From the NCBI RefSeq assembly GCF_003704095.1, contig NW_020844976.1, forward strand, positions 1 through 64,000: a stretch of 64,000 bases of DNA. The letters are read 5' to 3'. The notes below the pieces were generated by a model. That model saw only the letters and a list, made by a program, of their open reading frames with translations. It did no database searches and was not told the origin of the DNA. The first letter of the stretch is position 1; each line of letters opens with the position of its first letter. This DNA is from Pocillopora damicornis (taxonomy: Eukaryota). This document shows positions 25,539 through 37,937 of the stretch, in pieces. A program made the translations under genes and the position numbers.

Positions 25539-27328
25539 GTATTATTCTACTCAGTATCAAAGACCATAGAAAGAAGGTCGAGCGAAAGCGAATATATCCC
25601 ACAAGATTCATCGAAATCTAGCTCCTAGGCATTACCTCGTATTTCAATCTTGTTGAAGAACTGCTTGTTACGACGGTAAATTTACCCAATCATCTTAATT
25701 TGCTCAAAAAACGGAAAAACCTTCCACTGCACGACATCTCGTGCCGCTGACACACGATTTCCACAAATAAGAATTTTGTAATGACCTTTTCAGAAAATAA
25801 TCACAAATCTATAAGAAAAGTTGACAGCTTGCTGTTTTCCCTTATTTCATTCAACGCCTTAAAGCTGCTACATTAGTATTCCAAATTTTCTCAGTGGAAT
25901 ATTCATTCAGCAGTTTTAAAACACGGAAATGGTGCATTTTTTTTTTATTCAACAACAACTTCCGCCGGAAAAAATTTACTTGAGTGATACCACCTGCTGT
26001 GAAACAGCTTTCGCTTTTCGTTCCATTAGCGGAAGTGAGGCTCTTCAAAATAACACATCATATGTGCTTTACACCGAAGGTATAAGTCGGCAAAAACTGT
26101 TTCAAAGAGGTTGGTCTTGCATGTTAACCACACGGAATTTAATGCATTTTTTTCACATTGAACAAAGTGACCTAAGACCATGCGGTTGACGAAGGCCCTT
26201 AAATACAAATTGGTTTTTTTTGATTTGCTTTTAATGACGTATTAAAGCTTTTACATCACTAATCGAGCTTTTTTTGTTTGAAAATTTAATAACCGTAACT
26301 TAATCTTACGTAGACATCGTAATTACATACCGAATCATCACGAACAACAAGAATTTTGCCTAAAATGATTGTGGTTTAATTAATAAGTTTAGATTTCCAA
26401 GAACTGTTTACCCTAAATGGTGTTTTAAGTTAAGTTTTATGCCCCATCACATTAATTATATCCAAAGAAGTCTTGTATCTGATGCTGATATCAATACATG
26501 GTATACCTAAGTACGATGAAACTACCATTCTGATCAGTTTTAAGCTCTACAATCACTCAAGAAAATCGAGTTGTAAATTTCTTCACAATTTTGCTCTGGG
26601 TTAAACAGAATTGAATAATTTACGTGCTAATTTTAGATCAAATGTAGCCACTAAATCGGATTATATTTTTATCACCACTGAAGAGGTTTCGTGTAGTTAA
26701 CAGGTATTAAGTGTTTGAGGTAAGTACGTGGGCAAATCACACGAACACGCAAAACCTGCCCAGTGCACACGAAGAGAAAGGCTCCGTTCACACAATGTTT
26801 GTCACTCAAGTGTGCATAATAATTGCAAATTCATTCATTTGCGGATCACAGTGCATGAAAATGGGTTACTTTGCGGGCTTATGACTTAGCATGTTTCGTG
26901 AGGAAAATTAAAACAACCATTTCGGTAACAACGGATGGAAACTTTTTAGTATTGTGCCTGCTAGAAGCATGTAGGAACTGCATGTCATTGGTCAAATTCT
27001 CCACTTTAACTCTCCACAAGTTTGTAGAAAAGTTTGAAGCTTTGTTAAATTCTTTACAGTGATCGTGAATCCGACAGGTAAATATTCGCTTTGTGCGCCG
27101 TGAACTCTTGGGCCAAGGGCAACTCCTGCAAGCTAATTGCACTCCCAATGTCTTAGAAATTTAATTTTGTATTGTTCGTCGTACACGGCTGTTTATAGGC
27201 CTACCGGTTCTGCACCGGTGATTTTTGGAGTGAATTTATTACGGTAATAAGGCTCTGAGCTTCAACGCAAATTCTGAATTAATTTCAGACACTCGCTGAG
27301 TGAAGTGTACGCTAACACTACATATTCT

Positions 27329-30300
27329 ATGAGGATGGCCGCTACTCTCAGTTACTGCGAGCTGATGTTATTTCTTGTGGCGATGACGTGCTCTCGACTT
27401 CCAACTTCAAGGTAAATTCTTAGTTTTGTCGTTGTGAAACTTCATGATGGTGTATTATTTACTGCGTAGTTCTAGGAAACTTGCGCTTTTAAGCTACTAT
27501 AATTATAGTGTACGGAACATAGGAAGAACAAAAAAGTTCTGTTCGACGCAAAACTAACTGGCGTCGCTGTTTTTACCATGTTAAACCGCCATATTTCTTT
27601 CTTTTAGCTTAGGCCAAGAGACGAACTCCACGGGAAATGGGAAAGACATTTCACGCTGCAAGAGCGTAACATGTTGTGTAAGTTGTAAAAACATTTGTTA
27701 GTACTCTCTCATTCAAACCTAGCGGGACTGCTTAAAATTCAGGCGCCGATTATTTTCCAAAAGTCGTGCGCACAAGTCGAACCGCAGTAGAAGAAGAAAC
27801 TTCGTAGAGTTGGTTCTCGGTTCTTTGTGAATATGCCATGATACGTTTGCGCTCTCTTTTTAGTTGGCTGTGAGACAATCCACTTTTACTCAATAGCATG
27901 CATCTAATATAGAATAACACAAACCCTTGACCTTCTACTTATTTTCGTCCAAAACCGGATCACTGATGTTCAAAGGAAAATTAATGTTCTTGCCGCGGTC
28001 TTCATTTTGGTCAGCGCTGTATTAAAAACCTGCTGCAAAGTTGGTTGGCCGTTTTACCGAGCAAACACTGTTGTTCAAAATTGAAATATAGGAAAGTTTT
28101 GCTAGTAGTTTCAAACAGCTGAAGGAATTGTATTTGCGGTGTTTTTTTCTAATACAATATCGCCTTGGTTAGTGACGAACGAAGAAATGTCGAAATGTTC
28201 TTTATTCTGAACAGTCTCACTGAAAGTAAATATACACTCCAGTTTGTGAAATTTCGAGCTGCCTTACTGTCAAGCAATCTTTATCCAGGGAAATACTTCA
28301 GTTGCTTTTAGTTGAGTGAGTGTACAATGTTTGCGAGAGCGGTCTTTTTGATAATAACTTGTCAGCTGGGTAGAAACAATAAGAACGTGTTAATTTGTTC
28401 AGTCAGTAAATGAGCTTTGTGATTCTTGTTTACATGTGAACAGCTCCAAAACACACCAAGATGCGAGAGCGTTTAAATGTTTGTTCAGGTTGGAAATTTG
28501 TTGCAGCGTAAGGGCCGTGAAATTAGGTTCGCAGTGTGTTGAGGAGTCTCCGTTTAACAATATGCCTCTTAGCACCTTATCAACGAAATGGGATTTATCA
28601 ATGGTACGAAATTATCTGATTAGTAAGAAATAGCTTGTGCGTGAGCGAAGAATCTTCGTTTCCTATGTTAACATCTCGAAGGAGTAAATCTACAATTAAA
28701 TCTTATCAGTAAAAGCGAACGAACCATAAAGTTTATTGTAAGTGGAGACGCGGTTTCCTTTGCCTTTGATAAGAACCTTACGCAACCCATCTGCTATCTC
28801 GCTAAACATTTCCGCCCTCTCTCGTGAATAGAAGTAACGTGGCTTGAACGAAGCCGAAAGGAAACACATTGTTTCCAGCGGATCAGAAAAGTGCCACCGC
28901 AGTGGATGTTACACCTCGTACTAAACGCACATTCGGCACCAAATACACCCACACATTGCAAAGCCGTGACAATAGCTCTAGAGTGATTTATTATAAGTCA
29001 AAGAACTAGTCCAATTCATATAAATCCTTGTTTTCTTCCAGTGCATACAATTGCGGTTAGACATTGTGTTCTAAGTCTGCTTGCTCGAACTGTAGTTTTT
29101 CATTCGTCTTAAAATGGCGTCGAACGTTTCCCAAGGGAAGCTCTCAATAAAATACCAGAGAGTTGAGACTGCAACAAACTAAGGCAATTGTTTCATTTTA
29201 GATATCGTAAAAGGTGAAGGTTATATCGACAGCAAAAGAGAGTTGATTTCTTTCTTTTTTGTTTATAAATGAATGCAAATAAACACGAGAACTCAGTGTG
29301 GGTTAAATTCAACAGAAATTGGGCGCATATGTGTCATTAGAAACACTTGTTTGAGTTTTGCTGTCGGTTGTGTCGACATGAGCGTCGATTTTTCCTTTAA
29401 CATGTTCATGTTTGGACGTTTAAGAAGCCAAATGAAAAGAAGTTATCGAAGAAATACGTGACAATCAATAGAAAGCCGTATTCTTAGCGCAAATCTTTTA
29501 TGACGTAGCCATCCGTAAAGGTTTAAAAAATCTAAGCAAGGAGGATGGGTCGGGGGCTGGTGATGGGAAGATCAGGGGGAGGAGACTGGGAAGGAACGCT
29601 GACGAAATTTTGTCCCTGCTGACAAACTGTTTAACTGTTGTAATCAAGAATTATTTTTAGCTCATGCAGTGAGAAAATAATCCAACTTCAGAAAATTTGA
29701 AAATTCTGCGTCATTTGAGACCCCACTTGGCAGTGCTTACAACTTAAAACACCAAACAACTTGTTTCCAGAATTCTGGAGCAAGGTTTGTCTAGTTTTAA
29801 AACTATTTACCTTCGTAAGACATTCAAAGTATTTTAGAGCATTAAGCCTAAGGTTAACATCAAATAGAGCGAAAAATACGCGTATAGAACTACCAAAAAA
29901 ATCCCACCGTAAAATTTCAACTGAAATGAAGACTATAGAGCTTTGAAAGTTGGCATGTAGAAGCCAAACTTCTTCGAGTTCGAATTTTTGTCTTGATGAT
30001 AATAACGAAATGTAAGTTTTCATTCACGGTAAAACTCATTAAGACATTTTAACTCACCTGCCAGATTTCCACGTCCGTTAAAACTTTTCAAGCCAAGATC
30101 TTTTCTCAGTGCGATCCCATTTGTTTTTGTTTCCAGTATCCCAGGTAATGATGACGCAACAATTTGCATGCACGCTCGCGTAATAACTTAAAAAGAATTG
30201 TCGCGCGCAGATTGTTGTCTAGATTATTAATTCCACTATTTCATCTTAAAAATAACTGTAATACCAGAACTGTCCTTGTGAAAATGTCCTGTTCTTTGAG

Positions 30301-33300
30301 GGTACCCCTATTTTTTAGCAAAACGGCATGTGTCGTCCTACGCAAAGAATAAGATAGTTTACCTTTTTTAGCCGTTTTTGATTGAAAACCGGTATAGATA
30401 TAGAACATGGAGGTCTCAAATGAAACATGCTTCCTGAGATAACTAAAGGAGCATATGCCAAATAAATGATAACATTTGGAAAAATTTGGGTTGAGTCTTT
30501 CGTGCACCAATTCGCTACTTCTGCACTTAAGTGACAATTGATTTTGCCGCTTAAAGATCAAGTTCAACGGATCGAAAAATGGGTGTAGACGGCAACTGCC
30601 TAGGGCTCGTTGGTAGAAAGTTCCGAAAACTTAATGGGCCCAAAGAAGTGTTTTCATCTAATTGTTAGGAATGACGGCACAGGTCCTAGTTCAAAATCAA
30701 GTCCATTCTTATTTCATATTTCATGATGTCGTAACTGCTTGAATTTCATAACTGTTCCCATCTTGATCATGAATGAAAAAACGATCCCGATTTTGAAAAG
30801 GGGTCCCGGATTTGAAGAACCGAGCGGTACTTCCTCACTAAAAATTGTGAACAGTCTCCCCCCCTTATCCCCCAACTCAGAAAAAGACCAAGAATCAATT
30901 TGTTACTTAGGTAAGAAGCTGATTATGACAATCATTTCTATGTTTTAACTATCCCCATTCTAAACCAAATCCTTTTTTATTCTTTTTTACAGGGAATTCC
31001 GGGAACTCCTGGTAGGAACGGTAAGTTCTAATGAAGGAATTTCACTTAATTGAGGGAATTTCTTGATTATAGACTGAAAGTGAATTCCCAAAGTGAGATT
31101 TTCCACTCCGAACCAAAATTTGAAATTCTCTGAAGGGGTGATCACTCCTCTTAGAGCAATTTTCAATTTAGTGTCGAAGGTAATCCGGGATCTCATTGGT
31201 TTTACTTTTGCTCTGTGATTCGTGGTCAAGAAAACTCGTGCCACGCTCTCAACTAATTAGATTCAAAGCTGACACCAATCACGATTTGGTCACGTGCGTT
31301 TTACTGCGCTTTAGACGGTTTGCTTTTGCCGTTGGAATAAGTTTGGTTTTGGCCTTAAGACACTAAATCGAAAAGCGCTCTAATTTGAGTAGTACATCTA
31401 AGGACTTAAACCCAATTCAGGAACTTTTGGTGAACGTGATAACCCCATGCTAACATTCAACAAACATTGGACCTTTTTTTAGGGTCAAGCGTGCCTCAAC
31501 AGATTAACAAAAACATTTTTCGGATTTGCTTCCTTCAGGTTTATCACCTACTGATCGATTTTTCCTCCTCACACAATATTCCGTGTCCTTTTAACTGATT
31601 ATCTCGTCTCTATATCAGATATATATTGCTCATGAAATGTTTCAATTTTCTCTTCTACTTGGATTAAGTACCTAGCAATACAAACAGCTCATCTTAATAT
31701 GGCTAATTTTATTTCAAAGTTGATTAAACCAAGACATCTTTTAATACCCCCCACCTTCTCAGCACCACAGTTTAAAAAAGTTACCCCTTACATGGATTTT
31801 AAACTTGTTGACTAGACAGCTGTGAACGTTTATACGATTTTCTGGAAAAGGAAGGCAAACATGATTTTTTACTTGGTTCCGCCATTTTTTCCCGTTTTGT
31901 TTTGTTATTTATCTGAGTTTCACATGATTCGTAAAAATGCAAAAAGTCTATAGGCTTACGTACAAAGCTATTTCATGCTTTCATAGGTCTTTGCTATTCG
32001 GTGGAAAATTAGCGGGAAGCTACGAAACAATTTACCCGCCAGTAGGATACAACCCTTAGGCAAAATGTTTTTTCTGGTTTAGTGTCTCTGCTCTGTGTGA
32101 TTATCACACCCTTAGGCCTTGTTTACTTTCTGTAAGTGTCATTGTGTGCAGCATTTTAAAAATAATAATAATTTCATTTTATAAGGATAGGTTCTGTTTG
32201 CACAAGGGCAATCGTTGCTCATGCCATGGCTTGAGGCAAAACTCATCAAAATCTGCGGTTTTTTTAAACAATATATCATCCTGTCATGTTCCTTAGTATT
32301 TATGCAGTGGAACTGTTCTAATTACTATTTGCAATGAGCTTTAAGTGCATCCATCAATTTAAGAATGGTCAAATCACTTAGTGTTCAGTCAAAATAAGGA
32401 GCAGATTGATATAGAGATCAAATTTGCGCGAAATAAATGATTTAATCTTTCCTTATCTTCCAATCTTTGCATAATTAACTCTCAAATTTGAAAAACACAT
32501 ATTCTCACGTACTCGAATGGAATAGATCCATTGCTCAGTTAAACTTAGAAGTAAAGACCTCACGCCAAAAACCGCGCAGACCAATATCGGCTATTTAGTT
32601 TAGAATAACTAAAGGAAGCAAGTTGATATCGTCAGGTTTGGCCGTGTCTATTAGCTCCTCCTATTTCGAAACTCAATCAGTAATGCAACGAAGTTTGCAC
32701 CTAAGTTAAAAGTTAAATAAGCCGACATCCGGCGTGTGATACTTTAAACTAACATACATGATACAGGTGGCGGTAGCTGGATATGGAACTGAAACTCCTC
32801 CAACATAAAATCTGCAAAATCCGAGTTTGACGCAATAAAATTTGATGCTGTTTCTTAAAGAAACTTAAGTTGTCTCGCAATAACATGTGAAGCAAACCAT
32901 ACGGCGAAAAAGGCATCGCGAAACAACCTTGAGCAACCTTTCCGTTTTGTTCTGGGTTTATGTCGCTTGCTGAACGATCAGCGTCGTTCCCTACCCATTC
33001 CCTTTAGTTGCATTTCTTAAAGTTTCTATAGTTAGTTTCATTATAGGGCACTTAAACATGCTCAAACAAGGCTGGGGGGGGGGGAGGATTTCTTTAACAG
33101 GCATGTGATCGTTATCTCAAGTGTATTTAAAAGTCAACTCACCGTATTTCGGTTTGGCAAAAAATAATCGAGCCATTTTTTACAGGGAAGCAGCCAGGTT
33201 GGAAACCAAAACTTAAATGGCGATGCACAACTCTTAGCGTATTTGAAGTCAGTTATCGAATGGTTATGTTACTCTTTCGAATCTAAAAACGAAGTAACTA

Positions 33301-34407
33301 GTAAAATAGGTAATTTTAGTGTTAACAACTGAATTGAAAACGTAAATTGGCCACCGTAAAGGGTAAAAAAGCTAAAATGTTCGATATACTTTGAGATTCT
33401 GGGGCACACTTTTCCTTCGACTTGCGTTGTGATAAATGTTGCAATTTCCTTCATTTCAGGAATTCCCGGACACCCTGGGCCCCAAGGGCTAAACGGACCT
33501 CCCGGTAGGAACGGGCTAAACGGAATCCCAGGGAGCAAAGGCGAAAAGGGAGAATCAGGATTAATGGGCCGGCGGGGGAGAAAAGGAGCACCTGGAGAAC
33601 CGGGTATCAATGGTACCGACGGCATCCCCGGTTGGAGGGGTAAGGAAGGACCAAGAGGAATGAGAGGCCCGATGGGTCCCCAAGGGCCTACAGGCGAGAA
33701 GGGGGATTCTGGAAGCCCTGGTGAACCGGGGCCCCCTGGGTCTGAACGAATCCTCAAGGTATGCACATGTGAAAGAAATGTCCCAACACAAGTCTTTTAC
33801 GTAAACTCAGGCCACTGGATCTCAGAGAAGGCCATGACAGGGTTTCAGGATGTCAGTTCAGCATACGGGGAATTTCAAGTCAAAGTTGTGGTACCTGTCA
33901 CCTATGTTCTCCATATTGGTGGTAAGTTTATGTCTTTGAATTACGACTCATTCAGAACTGAGATGTTGTACAAGTTTTAAAGTTTGCCAGGAACCATTTA
34001 TGCTTCTGAATAGAGATTAAAAAGTCTAAAAGACGAGTACAAGGGATTTTCGCTCCGATGCTCTACCACTGAGCCACTAAGAGCTTGAATGTCGAGCTAA
34101 TTATCTTTCCGACCTTTTTCCTCTTCCACTTACAGGAGACTGGGTGAATGACGATTCTGTAACCTTGTTCTACCGTCTCCGTTGCGCTCACCGCCGACGA
34201 ATGGCGTACCTTCCAAACGAAACTGGCCACAAAATCTACAAGTTCAAAGAGGAGAATCGATTGGAGTCGGAAACTTTTACACATGTCACCACAGCGCTCA
34301 GCCATCACGGAAAATGGAGATGTCTGCTGCAGATCAGCAAAGGGATGGATCGGGCATTCTATCGCTGGGACTCACAATACGGTGAAATCAGTTTGACCAT
34401 GTGGTAG
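27329..34407 (+). CDS. Secreted short-chain collagen-like protein: signal peptide, Cys-Cys N-terminal segment, about 35 uninterrupted Gly-X-Y triplets and a roughly 150-aa C-terminal domain of unrecognised family
   Basis: Phase-compatible exons: 27329-27411 (MRMAATLSYCELMLFLVAMTCSRLPTS), 27608-27677 (SLGQETNSTGNGKDISRCKSVTCC), 30993-31020 (GIPGTPGRNG), 33460-33921 (32 GXY plus RILKVCTCERNVPTQVFY..HIG), 34136-34407 (GDWVNDDSV..YGEISLTMW*). All junctions are GT-AG. Confidence 0.82.
31151..31382 (+). mobile_element. Repeat family B, near-complete copy with terminal inverted repeats
   Basis: Begins ttagagcaattttcaatttagtgtc and ends gacactaaatcgaaaagcgctctaa (inverted complement). Confidence 0.85.
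33295..33385 (-). mobile_element. Repeat family C fragment
   Basis: gtgttaacaactgaattgaaaacgtaaattggccaccgtaaa is the reverse complement of about 61776-61817. Another fragment lies at about 31715-31790. Confidence 0.7.
34045..34080 (-). mobile_element. tRNA-like (A-box) SINE head fragment in a collagen intron
   Basis: The minus strand reads agtggctcagtggtagagcatcggagcg, with no T-arm or acceptor stem. Confidence 0.5.
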
Positions 34408-35140
34408 CTATTGTTGAGCCTTCCACACCTTCACTGGTTTGATTCTTGCATCGTTAGAAATTTTTTATAAGCGAGGAACTCACCACGCGAGAATTTAGGT
34501 TTAGGAGGGCGTCGCCACCTCTTTCCGTTAACCGTTGCAAAATAATCACGTTGTTGACACGAACGATTAAATCCTAAAGTATGTTACAGTTCGGTTGTGT
34601 TCCAAGCATCTGAACATCATTAGAAACAGACTGATCCGTTAGGCCACAAAAATTTGTTGTAAAAAGATATATCATACTTTCAGAGGAGACCGAAGGAAGT
34701 TGGACGAGATTATTGACATCACCTCATTGCCGGTTATGTGACTTCTCCTCAGCGAGTATGACTGACAGCTGTATAGTAAAAACCTTGGAACGTGCGCTAT
34801 GAAGTACAAGAGAATTACTGTTGAAATCAGTTGAGTTGAGTTGAGTTCTCCCAGTCTTCAAAGAGATATTTCATAACCGTGACAAAATATTTATGAACGA
34901 GTAATTGTCAGATTAAGCATCGCCATTTCGGCGATTCAAAAGTTGAAAACTTCCTGTGAACTAACACAGGTGAGAAAAGTTCGCTTTCACTTCATTCCCA
35001 AAATGAACTCCGTAATCAACAGCGGTTGCATTTCATTGTTCCCATAGAATAAAGAATAGTTCGTAATATAAAAGCAGGTATCCCATCCAAAGAGTGATGT
35101 GTGTTAACGAGCGTAATTGGGGCGTTTTAGCTTTTAGCTT

Positions 35141-35403
35141 TTAGAGTGTCCAAAGTAATCCAGGATTTCGTTGGTTTTACCTCACTTTTCTCTGCGATTG
35201 GTCCAGAAAACTCGCGCCATTCTCTAAACCAATCAGATGCAAAACTAAGTCCATCACGTCTCGGTCGCTTCAGTTTCCCAGCTTAAGGCAGTTTGGTTGG
35301 TTTTTACTCCGAGTTATCATTGGATGTTCAGGGTAATTATCTTCCTTCTGATTGGCCGTTGTGATAACTTTAGTTTTGGTTTACGACACCCAATCGAAAA
35401 GCG
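35141..35403 (+). mobile_element. Repeat family B copy
   Basis: gattggtccagaaaactcgcgccattctctaaaccaatcagatgcaaaac..ttacgacacccaatcgaaaagcg. Confidence 0.8.
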
Positions 35404-35926
35404 AAACTAGCAGCGAACCAAGTGTCGTCTACACGTTTAAGATCGTGTAGTCTCGTCCATAGTCACATTAAGTTGCGCATTATATACTGCAAATTGGTAT
35501 GTCAAGTTAACGATTTTTGCGTTAAAAAGTTTTGGAAATTTTGCTACTATGTAGCTCAATAGCAAGTATTTTACAATAATTCCAGTAGTCTGATGAAAGT
35601 AATGAAGAATATAATAATTATAAGTCACACCATCTGCCCTTAAAATGTGTAAGTACGGTCGATCACAGTATAGAAGTGTTGGCGTGATAATGCGTGACTG
35701 TGACAACGAATGACCGTGATACGGAGGAAATGACAATTGTTTCTGGAGTTTAAAGGCTTCTTCGTTGGTGTATATACAGACGTTACTACATTTAAGTTGT
35801 ACTTCAAAGTGTTGACTTTATGAAAGTTTGTAAATCTCGAAAGCATGTACAAATTTGAAACGAGCATAAATAGACAATTAAGTGAATAAAAACAAACGAA
35901 TCAAATAACCCGACTGTGAGCGCTTT

Positions 35927-35979
35927 NNNNNNNNNNNNNNNNNNNNNNNNNNNNNNNNNNNNNNNNNNNNNNNNNNNNN
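35927..35979. other. Assembly gap (53 N)
   Basis: Run of N. Confidence 0.98.
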
Positions 35980-37937
35980 TAAAGCCTAAATAAGCTTAGA
36001 AATGTTTCAAGGTAAGTAACTATCAAATACTTCAAGTTGAGTGGTAATATGTGATCCTATCGTTTGAAGTACTTCCGTTTAAGAAAAGTAGCAAGGAAAA
36101 TCCCAAAAGCCTGATCTGGAGGCAGGCGCTCCTGGACACCCCCCATCACTTCAGTCCCTAAAACTTACCCACCTTCACCATATCAACAGGAGCATCGGTC
36201 ATAGTAGTGGGTCAACAGACTCATTGCATGATTAAAAATTATTTTACTTTCAAATCTACTTGAAAGAGAGCCTTAACCTTCATTAGATGTGACATTTCCA
36301 CAAACAAAAATTGATCATAGCTGGACAACACAGGTATGTACGGTAAAAGCAATAAATATGGTGATAAAAATAGAGCATATTATATTTAAAGCTTCAAACT
36401 ATTCAATCGCGATTTTTTTCGCTGCACACATTCAAGATAATTCAACGAATTTACTTGATCACCACAGCAGAGATTAAAAGTGCGTAGTTTTTCGATAATA
36501 AATTCTAAGCGGACAGTTATAGCTTCACTTCCGGTTATCGCTACCGGAAGTAAAGAGCGACTTTTCTTCATCTTGTTCAACTATATATTACTCTTTATAA
36601 AATACTTTTTAACGTGTATAAATAGTCTTCACTTGAAAAGCACATATCTCTGAAAAGTTATGCAAAGTTAACTGAACACGCCGTTGAGTTCAGAAAACCA
36701 ACTGGAACCTTTCAATTAGCTGAAGGAATGCCATATAACTGTCAATTCAACTTATGCAAGTTAGAGCTTAAGAAACCATATAATTTTCATCTCCGCGTTA
36801 ATTTGGTCACTAATGACTGATGCCTTTATTGTTAAGCTCCCAATTGTTCAAAACTAGATCAAAGTGAGTTGGAAAAACCAAGAGTAAAACTTTGTTACGT
36901 CACAAAAAAGAGGCCAGGTTACCAAGAAAGATCAAATGGCAGCGATCTTAAGCGAATTTTAAGCACATCTGAAAACAGTTTTCAGAAAGCTGAGTTTCTC
37001 CTTGAATCACGCGGTAATTTCACATAAAATTTTAAGCAGCGGAGATAAAAACTACATTGCTTTTGCATATTTCTTTACAATTCACTTTAAGTACAACTAC
37101 CAAGGCGATGGTTCCATATCTTTTAGTCATCTAATGACATAACGAGTATTCTAGACCTAAAAGTTCCCATTTAAAACAAGAAATGTGGAATTCAATTTGT
37201 GTTTTAAAAAAAAAAAGCGAACAGGCTTTGACGTTAACCTCTACAAGAATCACAAAATTTGGCAAGCTACATTTTTCTGGCTCTGAAAATACAACAACCA
37301 GTCAACTAAAAGCGAATTCGTAATCACTGAAATTGAAGATGAATAACTCTCACAGGTTTAATAATTACATCACGATGGGATGGATGGGAGAAAAATGTAT
37401 AAATAAATTGCTAAGAACAAAATGCGTGGGGTAAAAGTTGCTACAATGCAAAGATTGCCGTACGTATTTTAAGAAAATTTGCACTGTCACGCAGACCTTT
37501 GACACAGGACACGACGATTAATTTGGATGGGAGCTCTAGAAAGTAGCTCAAAGTTATGAAGTCAATGTTTGTTATGCTTAAAAGTTTAAGTCAAATAGAA
37601 AGTTATGTCGAATAAAAAAAACAAGCAAAAGCCAGAGCAACAAAAGAAAGTTTTTCTTTCGCGTTTGACTTAGCTTTTCTTTTCTTTTCCTACAGTGGAT
37701 TGAAAATGTTTCCAACAGTGAAAGTTTTCTAGCTCGAGTCCAAAAATATTGAAGGTGACTCTTATCTGTACCCCAATTCATTTTTTTTTAATCTCAACAT
37801 CCCTCTGATTTCTTCAAAGGTCGGCTTAGTCCTACACCGTGAATTTTCTCAGGTTAACCTTCAATGTTGTGCCACCGAGCTGTACAACCTTGCCGAGGAG
37901 TTTCACTTGCGAAAGATTCTGTTCTAGTGCTTGGCAC

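Noticed and set aside
21800-27280. Hidden protein-coding gene or autonomous transposon in the long intergenic stretch
   Set aside because: Only short ORFs with no recognisable motifs; no transposase or reverse transcriptase signature seen.
33269-33791. Minus-strand Gly/Pro-rich ORFs
   Set aside because: Antisense shadow of the collagen exon. The signal peptide and splice sites support the + strand.
34045-34080. tRNA gene
   Set aside because: Only an A-box/D-arm-like part is present, with no full cloverleaf. Treated as a SINE fragment.
27329-34407. Naming the collagen CTHRC1, C1q-like or minicollagen
   Set aside because: The helix is longer than in CTHRC1 and the diagnostic C-terminal motifs or Cys-rich domains are not recognisable, so it is left unnamed.
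34410-37930. Additional gene between the collagen and PTPN4
   Set aside because: AT-rich sequence consistent with two convergent 3' UTRs, a family B repeat and a gap. No coherent exon chain.
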